Virus record (IMG/VR): IMGVR_UViG_3300048924_000100 | Location: 150,199 to 214,198 of that record | Direction: 5' to 3' (one strand) | DNA length: 64,000 nt | In this document: piece after piece, positions 44,672 to 54,311 of the stretch | Layout: every line of letters begins with the position of its first letter | How positions within the stretch are numbered: the stretch's first letter is position 1 | Translations under genes and position numbers: made by a program | The notes under the pieces: model-generated | Database searches by the model: none | What the model saw: only the letters and a program-made list of their open reading frames with translations | What the model was told of the DNA's origin: nothing

Positions 44672-45670
44672 TTAAGCAGGAATAGGTGGGGTTGTAATAC
44701 CCTCGCCATTCTGAACACCGGCGTGTTCATGGAGGTTAAGACTAACGGTTGCGGTTTGTACGTCAGTGAGGCCTCTAACAACACCAGTGCTGGTTGAGTT
44801 ACCAGTACGGTTGGTGTCACCCGTTTGTTCGTAATCACCTTCCTGGGTGAAGTTACCGGTTTGAGTGTAGTCACCGATTTGCGCTACGTCACCCGTGTGC
44901 TCCCACCTGCCTTTCCACTGAGTCAATTCCACATCAGCCTGGATCAGCTTAGCCTGCAGCTTCAGCGTCTCAGTCTTGATGTTGATGTTCTTCTCAATGA
45001 AGAGGTTCAGCGTGTCAGGCATCACTACCGTCATGGACTTCTTGTCCACTTTAAAGACAGCACCATCCGCGTTGGTGTAGGTGAACGAGTGATTCAACTC
45101 ATCCCAGACGATGAAGCCGTTCTCACTACCACCGAGATGCAACACCCCATCCATCGCATTGATCTGGATGTCAAACGCTACCTTCTCCCCGTTAGCCTGC
45201 GACGTCCGTAACGCCATCAAGCCTTCGTGAGTGGATACTTTCATTTGATAGGTGTTGTTAATGTCACCCGGGGTGTTCTCGCTGACCTCTGGAGAAGCAC
45301 TCCAATTGTAGAACACCGTTTCCAGACGCATGGTGTCAACGTTAACACCGTCTAGGGTCCAGTACAGCTTGTTCTGCCCGGGTACCTGGTATATAGCAAC
45401 CTTGGAACCTTCCCGTACGTCAGGCGAGCTGGTACGGTTGCCATCAGTCATGTTCTTCCAGACGGCAGGCAGTACGTTACTGTGCAGCAGGTTACTCTTT
45501 ACCTCTTCCCCCTGGGCGTTCAGACTGGTGCGTTCGACCTGTTTAGGGTTCGCACTAATACGACCATCGGCGTTGGGAAACATGCTAGGAATGTAAACAA
45601 AGATCTGATCAGTATTGGTATCTTTGGTGGCCGCCACCACACCGATACCAATGCAGTGCATTATGTTCAT
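44672..45670 (-). CDS. Baseplate central spike (gp5/gpV/VgrG-like)
   Basis: 332 aa. OB-fold-type N-terminus (PDVREGSKV), hexapeptide GDxxxx beta-helix repeats, and C-terminal HxH apex (LNLHEHAGV) as in P2 gpV. Confidence 0.8.
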   Translation of the reverse strand: MNIMHCIGIGVVAATKDTNTDQIFVYIPSMFPNADGRISANPKQVERTSLNAQGEEVKSNLLHSNVLPAVWKNMTDGNRTSSPDVREGSKVAIYQVPGQNKLYWTLDGVNVDTMRLETVFYNWSASPEVSENTPGDINNTYQMKVSTHEGLMALRTSQANGEKVAFDIQINAMDGVLHLGGSENGFIVWDELNHSFTYTNADGAVFKVDKKSMTVVMPDTLNLFIEKNINIKTETLKLQAKLIQADVELTQWKGRWEHTGDVAQIGDYTQTGNFTQEGDYEQTGDTNRTGNSTSTGVVRGLTDVQTATVSLNLHEHAGVQNGEGITTPPIPA

Positions 45671-45722
45671 ACTTGACGTCCTATTCTGTAGACCCTTTAA
45701 TTTTCTTAAATAAGAATTCTTT

Positions 45723-48188
45723 ATGCTACTTAAACTAATTCTAGAGAACTATGTTCCACTCTTGAGTAGCAATATTCATAAAGTGGAACTCGATACCGAA
45801 CATATGATCAACCTCTTCATCTCGCTTAACGGCGTAGGCAAGAGCTCGATCCTCAAGGAGATGAACCCCCTACCGCCTGAGAATGGCAACTACGAGAATG
45901 GACGTAAGTTCGTTCAGTGGAAGGTTGGGAGTAAAGTCTACACCATGGACTCCTACACCGGCATTGGTAACGGTCACAGCTTCAAGATCGACGACGGTGA
46001 GGAACTCAACAAGAACGGTACCTTCAGCGTACAGAAAGAGTTGTGCGAAACACACTTTAAACTGGACAGCGGTATGGTTAAGGTGATCAGCGGTATTCGT
46101 ATTGCGGATCGCTTGTCGGCTATGTCTCCAGCCAGACGTAAAGACGTCCTCATGCAGATCTATCCGAATGACACCGACTATGCACTGGGTGTTTACAACC
46201 GCTTGAAGTCTGCTCGTAATGAATTGAAAGCAGCGATCAAGAACCAGGTGGCTCGTTATACCGAAGAGAACCGCAAGCTCTCTTACATTAACGAGTGTGG
46301 GGTAGAGGAATTGGAACGTCGTGTTCGCAGTGTAGAAGAAGAGCTGAAACAATCCCTTCTACTGCGCGGTAGTCTGGAATCGGTTAGACTGGATCCGGCT
46401 ACTCATGCCAAGAAGGTCGAACTCGATCTGTTGACAGACCAGTTACTCACCAACAAGCTCAGCCTGGTGTGGTTCAGCAAGCGTGAATACATCGACGCTA
46501 TCGAACAAGCCCGCCGTATGCTGGATGGTTACAGAGACCAGGCCAACGTGCTGCACGGTGTGATCAGTGAACACGCTGGCATGCTGGACGGCTTGGAAGA
46601 GTTCCTGAAGGATCCCGATACCTTTAAGGCTCAGACCAAACACGTTAAGAGCGACATTGCCGAGACTTTAATCAAGTTGGAACTGATCGACACGGCCCTC
46701 AAGCAATACCCGGTCTTCTGTGACCCTGAGAGCCCCCTGGACGGTCTTCCGCAGATAGTGTCGGCATTGGTACCGTTTCTTAATCGCGTGACTCCTGCGA
46801 GCACTACGGAGCTTACAGGTAACCAGTACAAGGCTTACCAAAGTCGTCTGGAAGTGGTGGCTACCACGCTACGCGATCTGAACAGCAATCTGTCTAACTG
46901 GCAGCACAAGTACAAGCACTACGAACAAGCCGAAACCGTTTCGTGTCCTGACTGTACCCATGAGTTCAAACTCGGGATGACACCTAAACAAGTCGGCGAA
47001 TTGAAAACGACCATTGACTACTCCTTGGGTCAGATCGCTAAATTAGAAGCCGAGAAGAAGGATCTCGAAAGTAAGCTGGAAAACGATTCGGAATGGTTTG
47101 TCAGCATGAACCAGTTGTTCGGGTTTATTCGCGAGAACAGCCACGTCCGTATCCTGCCTGAACTGGTTAAACAGTTTGAGGTAGGTCGTCACGCCAGTCC
47201 CCGTCTACAGAACGCCCTGGAACTCGTTAGCCGCAAAGCTGAGCTGTTAGGCTACCGTGACACCCTGAGCGAAGAAGAAAAGCTCCTGGACGCTCGTATC
47301 GCCCTCCTAGACCGTAATAAGGTATTGGATGTGGCGATCTACGTTAGCACCACTGAAAAAGAGCTGGTAGCGGTTAACAACAAGATCCTTTTCTACAAGG
47401 CCAAGATCGACGCGCTGAGCGGTACCCTACGGGGTATTCAAACCTATGGGGAAGATTTAAAGCGACTGGAACAATTGCGGTTCGAGATTCTGCAAGGTTT
47501 GGAGTATGAGGGTAAAGTAAATTTGCGTGTTGCGGTGGATCATCGCATCAGTGAATTGACCTCAGACAAAGAACACTACATGACCTCGATCATCAAGAGT
47601 CGTTCCCTGACAGCGGTGGTGCAATCCATCTCCGCCGACATCGCTCGCTTGAAACGACGCTTAACCATCGTTGAAGTGCATATGGACGGTCTGTGCCCTA
47701 ACAAGGGTTTGATCGGTAAGTTGATGAGTGACTTCATTAGCTCCATTTGCGGCAACATGAATGCGGTGGTTAACAAAATCTGGAACACCCCACTGTTCAT
47801 CAAACCGTGCAGCAAAGAGAACGGTGATCTGACCTACAAGTTCCCTGTGGTTAAAGGTGAGAAATCCCCTACCCCTGATGTAGCAGATTGCAGTGGCGGC
47901 GAAACTGATATTTTAGATTGGGCATTTCGCTTCGTGTTATTGGGGTACCTCGGATTCCCGCTTCCTCTGATCATGGATGAGGTGGGGCCATTCCTGGATG
48001 AAATCAAACGCGGCAGGTTCTTTAACTTTGTGGAGGAATACACACAGAGTAACGACGCCCGCCAACTGTTCCTGGTGTCCCATTACTTTAATCAGCTCGG
48101 GGTCTTCAGAGATCCTAACATCATTGCCTTGCGTTACGAAGGCCTTACTCTACCGGGTGAGGTGAACCAGCACTCAATAGTAATTTAA
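45723..48188 (+). CDS. sbcC: SbcC/Rad50-like SMC ATPase
   Basis: 821 aa. Walker A NGVGKSS, coiled coils, zinc hook CPDC, signature CSGGE, Walker B IMDE, H-loop LVSH. Confidence 0.9.
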   Translation: MLLKLILENYVPLLSSNIHKVELDTEHMINLFISLNGVGKSSILKEMNPLPPENGNYENGRKFVQWKVGSKVYTMDSYTGIGNGHSFKIDDGEELNKNGTFSVQKELCETHFKLDSGMVKVISGIRIADRLSAMSPARRKDVLMQIYPNDTDYALGVYNRLKSARNELKAAIKNQVARYTEENRKLSYINECGVEELERRVRSVEEELKQSLLLRGSLESVRLDPATHAKKVELDLLTDQLLTNKLSLVWFSKREYIDAIEQARRMLDGYRDQANVLHGVISEHAGMLDGLEEFLKDPDTFKAQTKHVKSDIAETLIKLELIDTALKQYPVFCDPESPLDGLPQIVSALVPFLNRVTPASTTELTGNQYKAYQSRLEVVATTLRDLNSNLSNWQHKYKHYEQAETVSCPDCTHEFKLGMTPKQVGELKTTIDYSLGQIAKLEAEKKDLESKLENDSEWFVSMNQLFGFIRENSHVRILPELVKQFEVGRHASPRLQNALELVSRKAELLGYRDTLSEEEKLLDARIALLDRNKVLDVAIYVSTTEKELVAVNNKILFYKAKIDALSGTLRGIQTYGEDLKRLEQLRFEILQGLEYEGKVNLRVAVDHRISELTSDKEHYMTSIIKSRSLTAVVQSISADIARLKRRLTIVEVHMDGLCPNKGLIGKLMSDFISSICGNMNAVVNKIWNTPLFIKPCSKENGDLTYKFPVVKGEKSPTPDVADCSGGETDILDWAFRFVLLGYLGFPLPLIMDEVGPFLDEIKRGRFFNFVEEYTQSNDARQLFLVSHYFNQLGVFRDPNIIALRYEGLTLPGEVNQHSIVI

Positions 48189-48191
48189 ACC

Positions 48192-48199
48192 TATATTAC
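48192..48199 (+). promoter_or_regulatory. Early promoter (aaaccTATATTAC)
   Basis: Exact phiKZ early consensus just after the sbcC stop; opens the accessory region. Confidence 0.75.
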
Positions 48200-48298
48200 T
48201 AGCAGGTAGAGACATAAGTGTCGTTGTCTCTTTTAGTTGTATTCGTACTGCAAGGTCCTGTTTATGACAGCCTACTACTTCTGGAAGAGATAACGATC

Positions 48299-48580
48299 AT
48301 GCAAACTGCACAGATCTCGATTGCGCAAAACACTGATGGCTCCTATTCCCCCCACGATCAAGGTATGGGGATGGCGTTCGTGAGCTACAACTACGACATC
48401 AGCGGCAAAACCGCTATCATCAACTTCGCCGGCATCAATCAGGCCAGCGTTACCTTCGATGAGACAGGCAGCACCGTGGTGTCTTACCACATGCTGAACC
48501 TGAACGCTACAGCGTCGGATATGACCACGGTCGAGAACATCGCCCGTTACCTCACTTCGGCGGTTGCTACCCTTCATTGA
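48299..48580 (+). CDS. Hypothetical early protein (93 aa)
   Basis: ATG 48299; first gene after the early promoter; beta-rich, low charge. Confidence 0.6.
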   Translation: MQTAQISIAQNTDGSYSPHDQGMGMAFVSYNYDISGKTAIINFAGINQASVTFDETGSTVVSYHMLNLNATASDMTTVENIARYLTSAVATLH

Positions 48581-48587
48581 GTGCGTT

Positions 48588-49055
48588 ATGAATGTATTAA
48601 GGTTCTTTATCAAAGACCCGGATCGGTTTACCGAACCTTTTGAACCAGTAGTGGTGCAGTTCGCACTGGCTGGGGAAAAGGTTCTGGTAGAGGTAGGACT
48701 CGTTAAGGATAACGGAAGGTTGCATTTCTCTATCGGGAAGCGGTTAACTGGCGATGGATCGCTACTTATTCTAGACCAGAAGCCCGTGTCTTCTGTGTCG
48801 CAACTAACGTTCCAGGCACGTCCTAAACGTTGGAGTGAAAGTCCTCTGTATACCCGTGAGTTCCTCCGGCATGCTTTCGAGGATTTTGTTTTGAATTCGC
48901 CTTTCGAAGGCTTTATAAGAAAGAATGTGAATCCACTGGATATCACTCAAATGTTTGCCAAACTAAGGGACACGAGTTCCCACTTAATCAACTTTCAATT
49001 GGGTATAGGTCATGAGAAAGGACGACGTGATTGTACAGTACATGGCATTGGTTAG
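48588..49055 (+). CDS. Hypothetical protein
   Basis: 155 aa from ATG 48588. Confidence 0.55.
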   Translation: MNVLRFFIKDPDRFTEPFEPVVVQFALAGEKVLVEVGLVKDNGRLHFSIGKRLTGDGSLLILDQKPVSSVSQLTFQARPKRWSESPLYTREFLRHAFEDFVLNSPFEGFIRKNVNPLDITQMFAKLRDTSSHLINFQLGIGHEKGRRDCTVHGIG

Positions 49056-49449
49056 TGAGCTGGGCGAGAGCGCACACAACGTAGTACTGAGCGCTGGGTC
49101 GGCTGCTGTTATGATGGACATCCGCAATGAAACGGATGATTTGGACGTCGATGTATTGCCCGGTGTATTCAAGTGGGCAGCGAGTAGCAAGACGATCCTT
49201 AAAGAAGAAGGGGTCAACGATCGGATAAAGTATTCCGATAAGGTTGATCTGCACGTACTGGATGAAGACCGGGGAAGGGTTTGCATCGACGGCGTGTGGG
49301 TTTACAGTCCCCGTGAACTGCTTATGCAAAAACGTGCAATGCTCCGTATCCCTGGACGCGGCATGGGTAAGCTGGTGCGAGACCAGATCGAAATCACCCA
49401 GCTGGAACAAATGGGTCAATCAACTAAATTTACTGCTAAAGCTGTTTAG
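49012..49449 (+). CDS. Minimal nucleotidyltransferase (Pol-beta superfamily), catalytic motif intact
   Basis: 145 aa; VVLSAGSAAVMMDIRNETDDLDVDV (GS plus DxD) and a third acid in KVDLH. Confidence 0.7.
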   Translation: MRKDDVIVQYMALVSELGESAHNVVLSAGSAAVMMDIRNETDDLDVDVLPGVFKWAASSKTILKEEGVNDRIKYSDKVDLHVLDEDRGRVCIDGVWVYSPRELLMQKRAMLRIPGRGMGKLVRDQIEITQLEQMGQSTKFTAKAV

Positions 49450-49458
49450 GGAAGTACC

Positions 49459-49926
49459 ATGTTTAAACTTGAAGTTGATGTGTGGCTGGCCGCTAAAGAA
49501 CGTATCCTTAAGCAGCTCGCTGTCCTGACCGACCAAGAACGTATCCCGGTCGAGAGTATCTGTTTGGGCGGCAGTGCGGCAATGGTGCTGATGAGCATCC
49601 GTAACGAAGCACGCGATGTCAACGTGTGGGTGGATTCGCCTTACTTCGAACGTCTGGCTGAAGACCACAAAGTCCTGGTACACCCGCTGCGTGATTCGGT
49701 TGTGCACATTCCGGACACCGAGGTTTATGTCCGCCGTCGTAACCGTTACTTCCAAAGCCACACCCTGGATAACGGCATTGATGTATTCGACGAGCTGACC
49801 CTGCTGATACTCAAGCGCACCAGCTACATCGATCCACACCGGTCTCTGGAACAACGGGAGAAAGACTTCCGGGATATCCAGATTCTGAACGACCTTCTGG
49901 CTGTCCGTAATAAAGTTGCTCCTTGA
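49459..49926 (+). CDS. Nucleotidyltransferase-fold paralog with degenerate active site
   Basis: 155 aa; ICLGGSAAMVLMSIRNEARDVNVWV (DxN in place of DxD); C-terminal REKDFRDI motif. Confidence 0.65.
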   Translation: MFKLEVDVWLAAKERILKQLAVLTDQERIPVESICLGGSAAMVLMSIRNEARDVNVWVDSPYFERLAEDHKVLVHPLRDSVVHIPDTEVYVRRRNRYFQSHTLDNGIDVFDELTLLILKRTSYIDPHRSLEQREKDFRDIQILNDLLAVRNKVAP

Positions 49927-49927
49927 C

Positions 49928-49970
49928 GATTAGGCATTGGCGGGTAACTCCCCCAGTGCCTAATCTTTTT
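49928..49970 (+). terminator. Intrinsic terminator
   Basis: Stem gattaggcattgg/ccagtgcctaatc plus T-run. Confidence 0.75.
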
Positions 49971-49997
49971 ATAGCGCATTTTGGTTTTTAGGTAACA

Positions 49998-50291
49998 GTG
50001 ATGACTGCCATTATTGCATCGCTAATAAGCGTTGGTTGTCTTTTCTTTTTCCTCGAAATGACCACTGGGCCATGGAAGTGGCTAGACCGTCTTACGGGTT
50101 GGGATGATCATCCTTCGCCTAAAGAGATCAACCAGATCCAACTGGACATATTGCTGAACCAGGAAGACCTCAGCGTTAGAGGCAACCGGGTAATCTGCAA
50201 CGAATGTTTACGAGAGAGCTGCGGCTTCTGTTTAAACGGCCCTGTGATACGTCAGGCACAAGAATTGTTAGATACGCGGGGTGAGCTATGA
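49998..50291 (+). CDS. Small membrane protein with Cys4 motif
   Basis: 97 aa; N-terminal TM; CNEC...C..C; ATGA overlap with the ligase gene. Confidence 0.55.
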   Translation: MMTAIIASLISVGCLFFFLEMTTGPWKWLDRLTGWDDHPSPKEINQIQLDILLNQEDLSVRGNRVICNECLRESCGFCLNGPVIRQAQELLDTRGEL

Positions 50292-52258
50292 ATGTACCAA
50301 ACATCTACGAGATGATGAAAGCTCTCCAGGAAGAGATCACTCGCCTCAACACCGAGTTCCACCAGAATGACAAGGAATTGATTCCCAACGCTGAGTTCGA
50401 TCAGAAGCAGCTACGGTTTGATGAGCTGTGTGAACTCTATCCGGACGTTGCCAAAAGTCTGGTTACCGACAATGCCCCTGTTCCCATGGCGGCTCCTGTT
50501 GGTGGGCTAGAGCTTGTGGAATTCAAGGAACCCATGCTCAGCCTCAAAAAGGCCACGAGTATTGAAGCCTTGGATAAATGGCTGGGTAAGCTTCCACCGG
50601 ATGTTGTCGTTATCTGGGAGTTGAAGCTGGACGGGTTGGCGTTGGACCTGTTGTATGAGTTCCGTCAATTGGTACGTATGTGTACACGTCGGGATGGTTT
50701 GTTTGGTGAGGATGTTACTCACTCGATTAACCTGTTCAACAACATACCCCTGACGCTCCCTCCTGGCTACCCTGACGAGTTTTCTATTCGTGGTGAGGGG
50801 ATATTGCCGTTTGTTGCATTCGAGGCCTACAACGAGGCTGTAGAGAAGCCTATGGTTACTCCTCGTAATGCGGCAAGTGGTTGGGTACGTACCAGTCGTG
50901 GTAATCAGAATCCCGAAGCTGTGGGCAAACTACGTTTTATTGCGTACGGCTCCAGTAATCGATTCAGCGCCAAGACCTACATGGACCAGCGGAAGATGTT
51001 CCGGGAAGCCGGGTTTGAAGTGTCACCTGTTCTCTCCCTGGAAGATCTCAAGGGTGGTGAGCGTGATGATGTCTTGCCTACTGATGGTGTAGTGGGTAAG
51101 GTCAACAACTTCGAAACCCAGGAAGAACTGGGCGTAACCAACAAGTTCCCTAACTGGGGGATTGCTTACAAGTACCCGGATGAAGAGGTGGAGGCAGTTT
51201 ACGACCGTACTATCTGGAAAACAGGTAAGACCGGTCGAGTTAACCCAACCATCCTCTATCACCCTGTAAAGGTGGGCGGTGTAACCTGTAGTCGTGCAAG
51301 CATTGACAACTACCACCAGTTCATGGAGCTAGGACTGCGTGAGGACTCCACCCTGGCGGTTCGTCGTAACAACGATGTTATCCCACGGGTTCACCGTGTC
51401 ATTGATCCTGGAGCCGGTGAGCGGGTTAAAGCACCAGAAGAGTGTCCAAGCTGTGGTAGCAAGCTCCGGCTTAAAACCAGTGATGCAAGCGCCTTTCTAT
51501 ATTGCGACAACATTACCGGTTGCAAGAGTCAGTTGCTGAATCGTTGTTTGGCTTTTGTTAGCCGTGGATGTTTGGACATTGATGGTTTTGGTCCAGTGCT
51601 GCTGGCTGAGCTTATTGACCAAGGTGATGTCGAGTATCCGGCAGATATCCTGTTTCTGGATGCGGCTACGGTTAACGGTAACGTTTGGGAAAGCCTGAGT
51701 AATGTCTGGTTCACCCCGTTCCACAAAGCAATCCTGGCACTGGGGTTACCTGGTATCGATGTTATCCGAGCCAAGAAACTAGCAGTGGCCATGAATAAGG
51801 TTGGAACCGACCAAGGCTACCGCAATCCTGTTAGCTGGATTAACAGCGAAGTAGTTATCGAATGGCTGTCCAATAAAGACAACCTGAAGAAAATCCATGG
51901 CTTCGGTGCTAAGTTGGCAGACCCAATTGTGGCTGCCGTGAAGACTGATGCTTTCGTTAATAACTGTCGTCGGCTGTTCAAACGGATTGAAGTGACTTAC
52001 AAGGAGAATGTCACCGAACGGAAGATCTGTATCACTGGGGACGTGGGTCTTCCACGCGAAAGCTTAAAGGATCTCCTGGAACTGGCGGGTATTGAATTGG
52101 CGGATAGCTTCACCAAGGACTGCCAGTTACTTCTCGTGGGGGAGAAGCCAGGTGAAAAGAAACTGTTAAAAGCAACCGAGCTGGATATACCTATGGTAAC
52201 TATCGCCAGGGTTTCCAGTATTGAAGACTTGATCACACAGATCAATAACCATAGCTAA
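50288..52258 (+). CDS. ligA: NAD+-dependent DNA ligase
   Basis: 656 aa. KLDG motif I, RGEG, TDGVVGK, IAYK, DVIPRV, zinc finger CPSC..C..C, HhH motifs, C-terminal BRCT. Confidence 0.92.
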   Translation: MNVPNIYEMMKALQEEITRLNTEFHQNDKELIPNAEFDQKQLRFDELCELYPDVAKSLVTDNAPVPMAAPVGGLELVEFKEPMLSLKKATSIEALDKWLGKLPPDVVVIWELKLDGLALDLLYEFRQLVRMCTRRDGLFGEDVTHSINLFNNIPLTLPPGYPDEFSIRGEGILPFVAFEAYNEAVEKPMVTPRNAASGWVRTSRGNQNPEAVGKLRFIAYGSSNRFSAKTYMDQRKMFREAGFEVSPVLSLEDLKGGERDDVLPTDGVVGKVNNFETQEELGVTNKFPNWGIAYKYPDEEVEAVYDRTIWKTGKTGRVNPTILYHPVKVGGVTCSRASIDNYHQFMELGLREDSTLAVRRNNDVIPRVHRVIDPGAGERVKAPEECPSCGSKLRLKTSDASAFLYCDNITGCKSQLLNRCLAFVSRGCLDIDGFGPVLLAELIDQGDVEYPADILFLDAATVNGNVWESLSNVWFTPFHKAILALGLPGIDVIRAKKLAVAMNKVGTDQGYRNPVSWINSEVVIEWLSNKDNLKKIHGFGAKLADPIVAAVKTDAFVNNCRRLFKRIEVTYKENVTERKICITGDVGLPRESLKDLLELAGIELADSFTKDCQLLLVGEKPGEKKLLKATELDIPMVTIARVSSIEDLITQINNHS

Positions 52259-52271
52259 GGGAAGCAAACTC

Positions 52272-53771
52272 ATGACCACCGCAACTGAAAAGAAAGCCAA
52301 TGCAACCGAACAACAAAGTGCTCTGTCCAAACTCGCTATTCCGCACGTCAATCCCAAGCAAGTGGACAAAGCGGTTAAAGCGCTTGAAAAAGTTGCCGAC
52401 AAAGGTAAAGCGGTTTCTGCTGATAAGCCTCAACCGGTAAAGATCGTTAACAGCAGTTTTTCCGGCACTAACGGCGCTAAAGTGAAACCTAAAGGCATGG
52501 GCCTGTCGCCATCGCACGGCAAAGTCCTTTCCGAAACCGTGGAAGAAGCTGTCGGCCGCATCAAGATGGATCCACCGCGGTTTGGACTGGCTAACGGACC
52601 ATGGGGTGGCTTGGAACTCAAGTACTACTCCAAGGAAGAGCTGGCCGCTATGAAGACTCCTTGGGTCATGGTCAAGGGTGTGTTGATCGAACCGAAGCAG
52701 ACAGGTATCAAGGAAGCCGGTCGCATCTCCACCGACTCCGGCCATACCTTCTGGCTGAACATGCCACGCGCTCTTTATCGCGAGAAAGAAGAACCACGCG
52801 TCTTCTCGCACTACGTGATCGAGTCGGACGGTATTACTGTGCAGCTGCTCCTCGACGAGAAGTCGTCTGTGCAGATCAACAGCTTCGACATCTATCGCGG
52901 TGGCTACCAGGCGATGGACATCAACCGTCATATGGTCAACCAAGCCGTTCTGACGAATACCGACAGCACCCACGATACCTTCCTGGGTGAAGTGATTCTG
53001 GAGAACCAGTCGACCAACAGTTGCGTGTTCAACAGTTCCACCGTCAGTTCGCAACCACGCTTTGATCAGCAGCAAGCACCTTGGGTGGTGCAGCGTAACC
53101 GCGAATCCCCTCGTCAGGTTTTGAAGTACTCGTCGCTCAGCCGTTCGTCGGTGTTCAACAGTGTGATCAGTGATTCGATCCAGCTGTTGGATACCACGAT
53201 TGACGACAGTAATATCAAAACCAACGAGGGCTTCTCTGCGGCTAACTCGCGTTTGAAGGAAGCTACCATCAAGGGTCACCGTGCACGCCTGAAGTTTGCG
53301 CAACTGGAAAAGACTTACATTCCTTCGACCGGTTCTATCCTCATCGTGAACACCATCATGAAGGACGAATCCCTGGGCGACAAACCGCTGTACGTCCCGA
53401 ACAAGTTCTGCACGCTGAAAGTTGACCTGCCGCATGATCATCTGTCCATGCGCCGTGAAACGCTGACGAAGGTTGGCATTACCGTTGGCTATCGTCAGCC
53501 GGTTGATATCGAGATCGACGCCACGATGGATGTGATCGACGCCAAGGTCCGCGAAGTACTGCGCGACTCCAGCTACCACAATCCGCTTGATCCTGACATG
53601 AAGGACCCGGTGGTTTCCAATCTGATCCATTACGTAGTGCAAGCGATTCGTTCGCGTCTGCGTGTGATCAAGATGCTGGACAGCGCTGTCCGTACGGCTC
53701 GTGTGGTAACCGGTGAAGCTTTCCGGGACGAGAGTGAGTACGGCGACTTCTCGTACCAGCGTCCGTTTTAA
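52272..53771 (+). CDS. Hypothetical protein with Lys/Ala-rich N-terminus and beta-helix-like repeats
   Basis: 499 aa; biased codon usage; periodic Ser/Asn/Ile/Leu pattern in the central-C-terminal part. Confidence 0.7.
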   Translation: MTTATEKKANATEQQSALSKLAIPHVNPKQVDKAVKALEKVADKGKAVSADKPQPVKIVNSSFSGTNGAKVKPKGMGLSPSHGKVLSETVEEAVGRIKMDPPRFGLANGPWGGLELKYYSKEELAAMKTPWVMVKGVLIEPKQTGIKEAGRISTDSGHTFWLNMPRALYREKEEPRVFSHYVIESDGITVQLLLDEKSSVQINSFDIYRGGYQAMDINRHMVNQAVLTNTDSTHDTFLGEVILENQSTNSCVFNSSTVSSQPRFDQQQAPWVVQRNRESPRQVLKYSSLSRSSVFNSVISDSIQLLDTTIDDSNIKTNEGFSAANSRLKEATIKGHRARLKFAQLEKTYIPSTGSILIVNTIMKDESLGDKPLYVPNKFCTLKVDLPHDHLSMRRETLTKVGITVGYRQPVDIEIDATMDVIDAKVREVLRDSSYHNPLDPDMKDPVVSNLIHYVVQAIRSRLRVIKMLDSAVRTARVVTGEAFRDESEYGDFSYQRPF

Positions 53772-53782
53772 TCCCTAACCAT

Positions 53783-53811
53783 AACCCACCCTACTAACCA
53801 TGGGGTGGGTT
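53783..53811 (+). terminator. Hairpin, possible terminator
   Basis: Stem aacccaccc/gggtgggtt; U-tract short. Confidence 0.45.
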
Positions 53812-53824
53812 TAAGAGAATCGTT

Positions 53825-54307
53825 ATGAGCAAGAAAGAACCCCCTATTACCTACAAGGTGCATACGGACGGCAGTGCGCTGGGTAACCCAGGTCCTGGAG
53901 GTTATGGGATTGTAGCGAGATGCGGAGACGAGGTTGTCACACTCTCGAAAGGTTACAAGCGTACGACTAATAACCGTATGGAACTCTTGGGCGTAATTGT
54001 AGCCCTTGAGACAAACGCTAAGCCCGGTGTACTGTTTGAGATCACCACAGATTCCATGTACGTGATCAATGGCGCTACCAAGTGGATCAGCAGCTGGCAG
54101 CGTAGCAACTGGATCACCTGGAAGACCCAGGAGCCTGTGAAGAACAAAGACCTGTGGCAGCGGATCGCTCCTTTGCTTAAAGCCAACAAGGTTAAGTTCT
54201 TCTGGGTTAAAGGCCATACGGGCGTACCGGATAACGAGCTGGCAGACAAGCTGGCGGTAGAAGCGGCTAACAATCCAACTGAAGTCGACGAAGGCTTCCT
54301 GGGGTAA
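53825..54307 (+). CDS. rnhA: Ribonuclease HI
   Basis: 160 aa; TDGSALGNPGPGGYG, TTNNRMEL, TDSMYV, VKNKDLW, WVKGH..N..ADKLA. Confidence 0.95.
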   Translation: MSKKEPPITYKVHTDGSALGNPGPGGYGIVARCGDEVVTLSKGYKRTTNNRMELLGVIVALETNAKPGVLFEITTDSMYVINGATKWISSWQRSNWITWKTQEPVKNKDLWQRIAPLLKANKVKFFWVKGHTGVPDNELADKLAVEAANNPTEVDEGFLG

Positions 54308-54311
54308 TCAA

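Noticed and set aside
45723-48188. Orphan SbcC without SbcD as a novel system
   Set aside because: In phiKZ-like phages the nuclease partner is typically encoded elsewhere, so absence from this window is uninformative.
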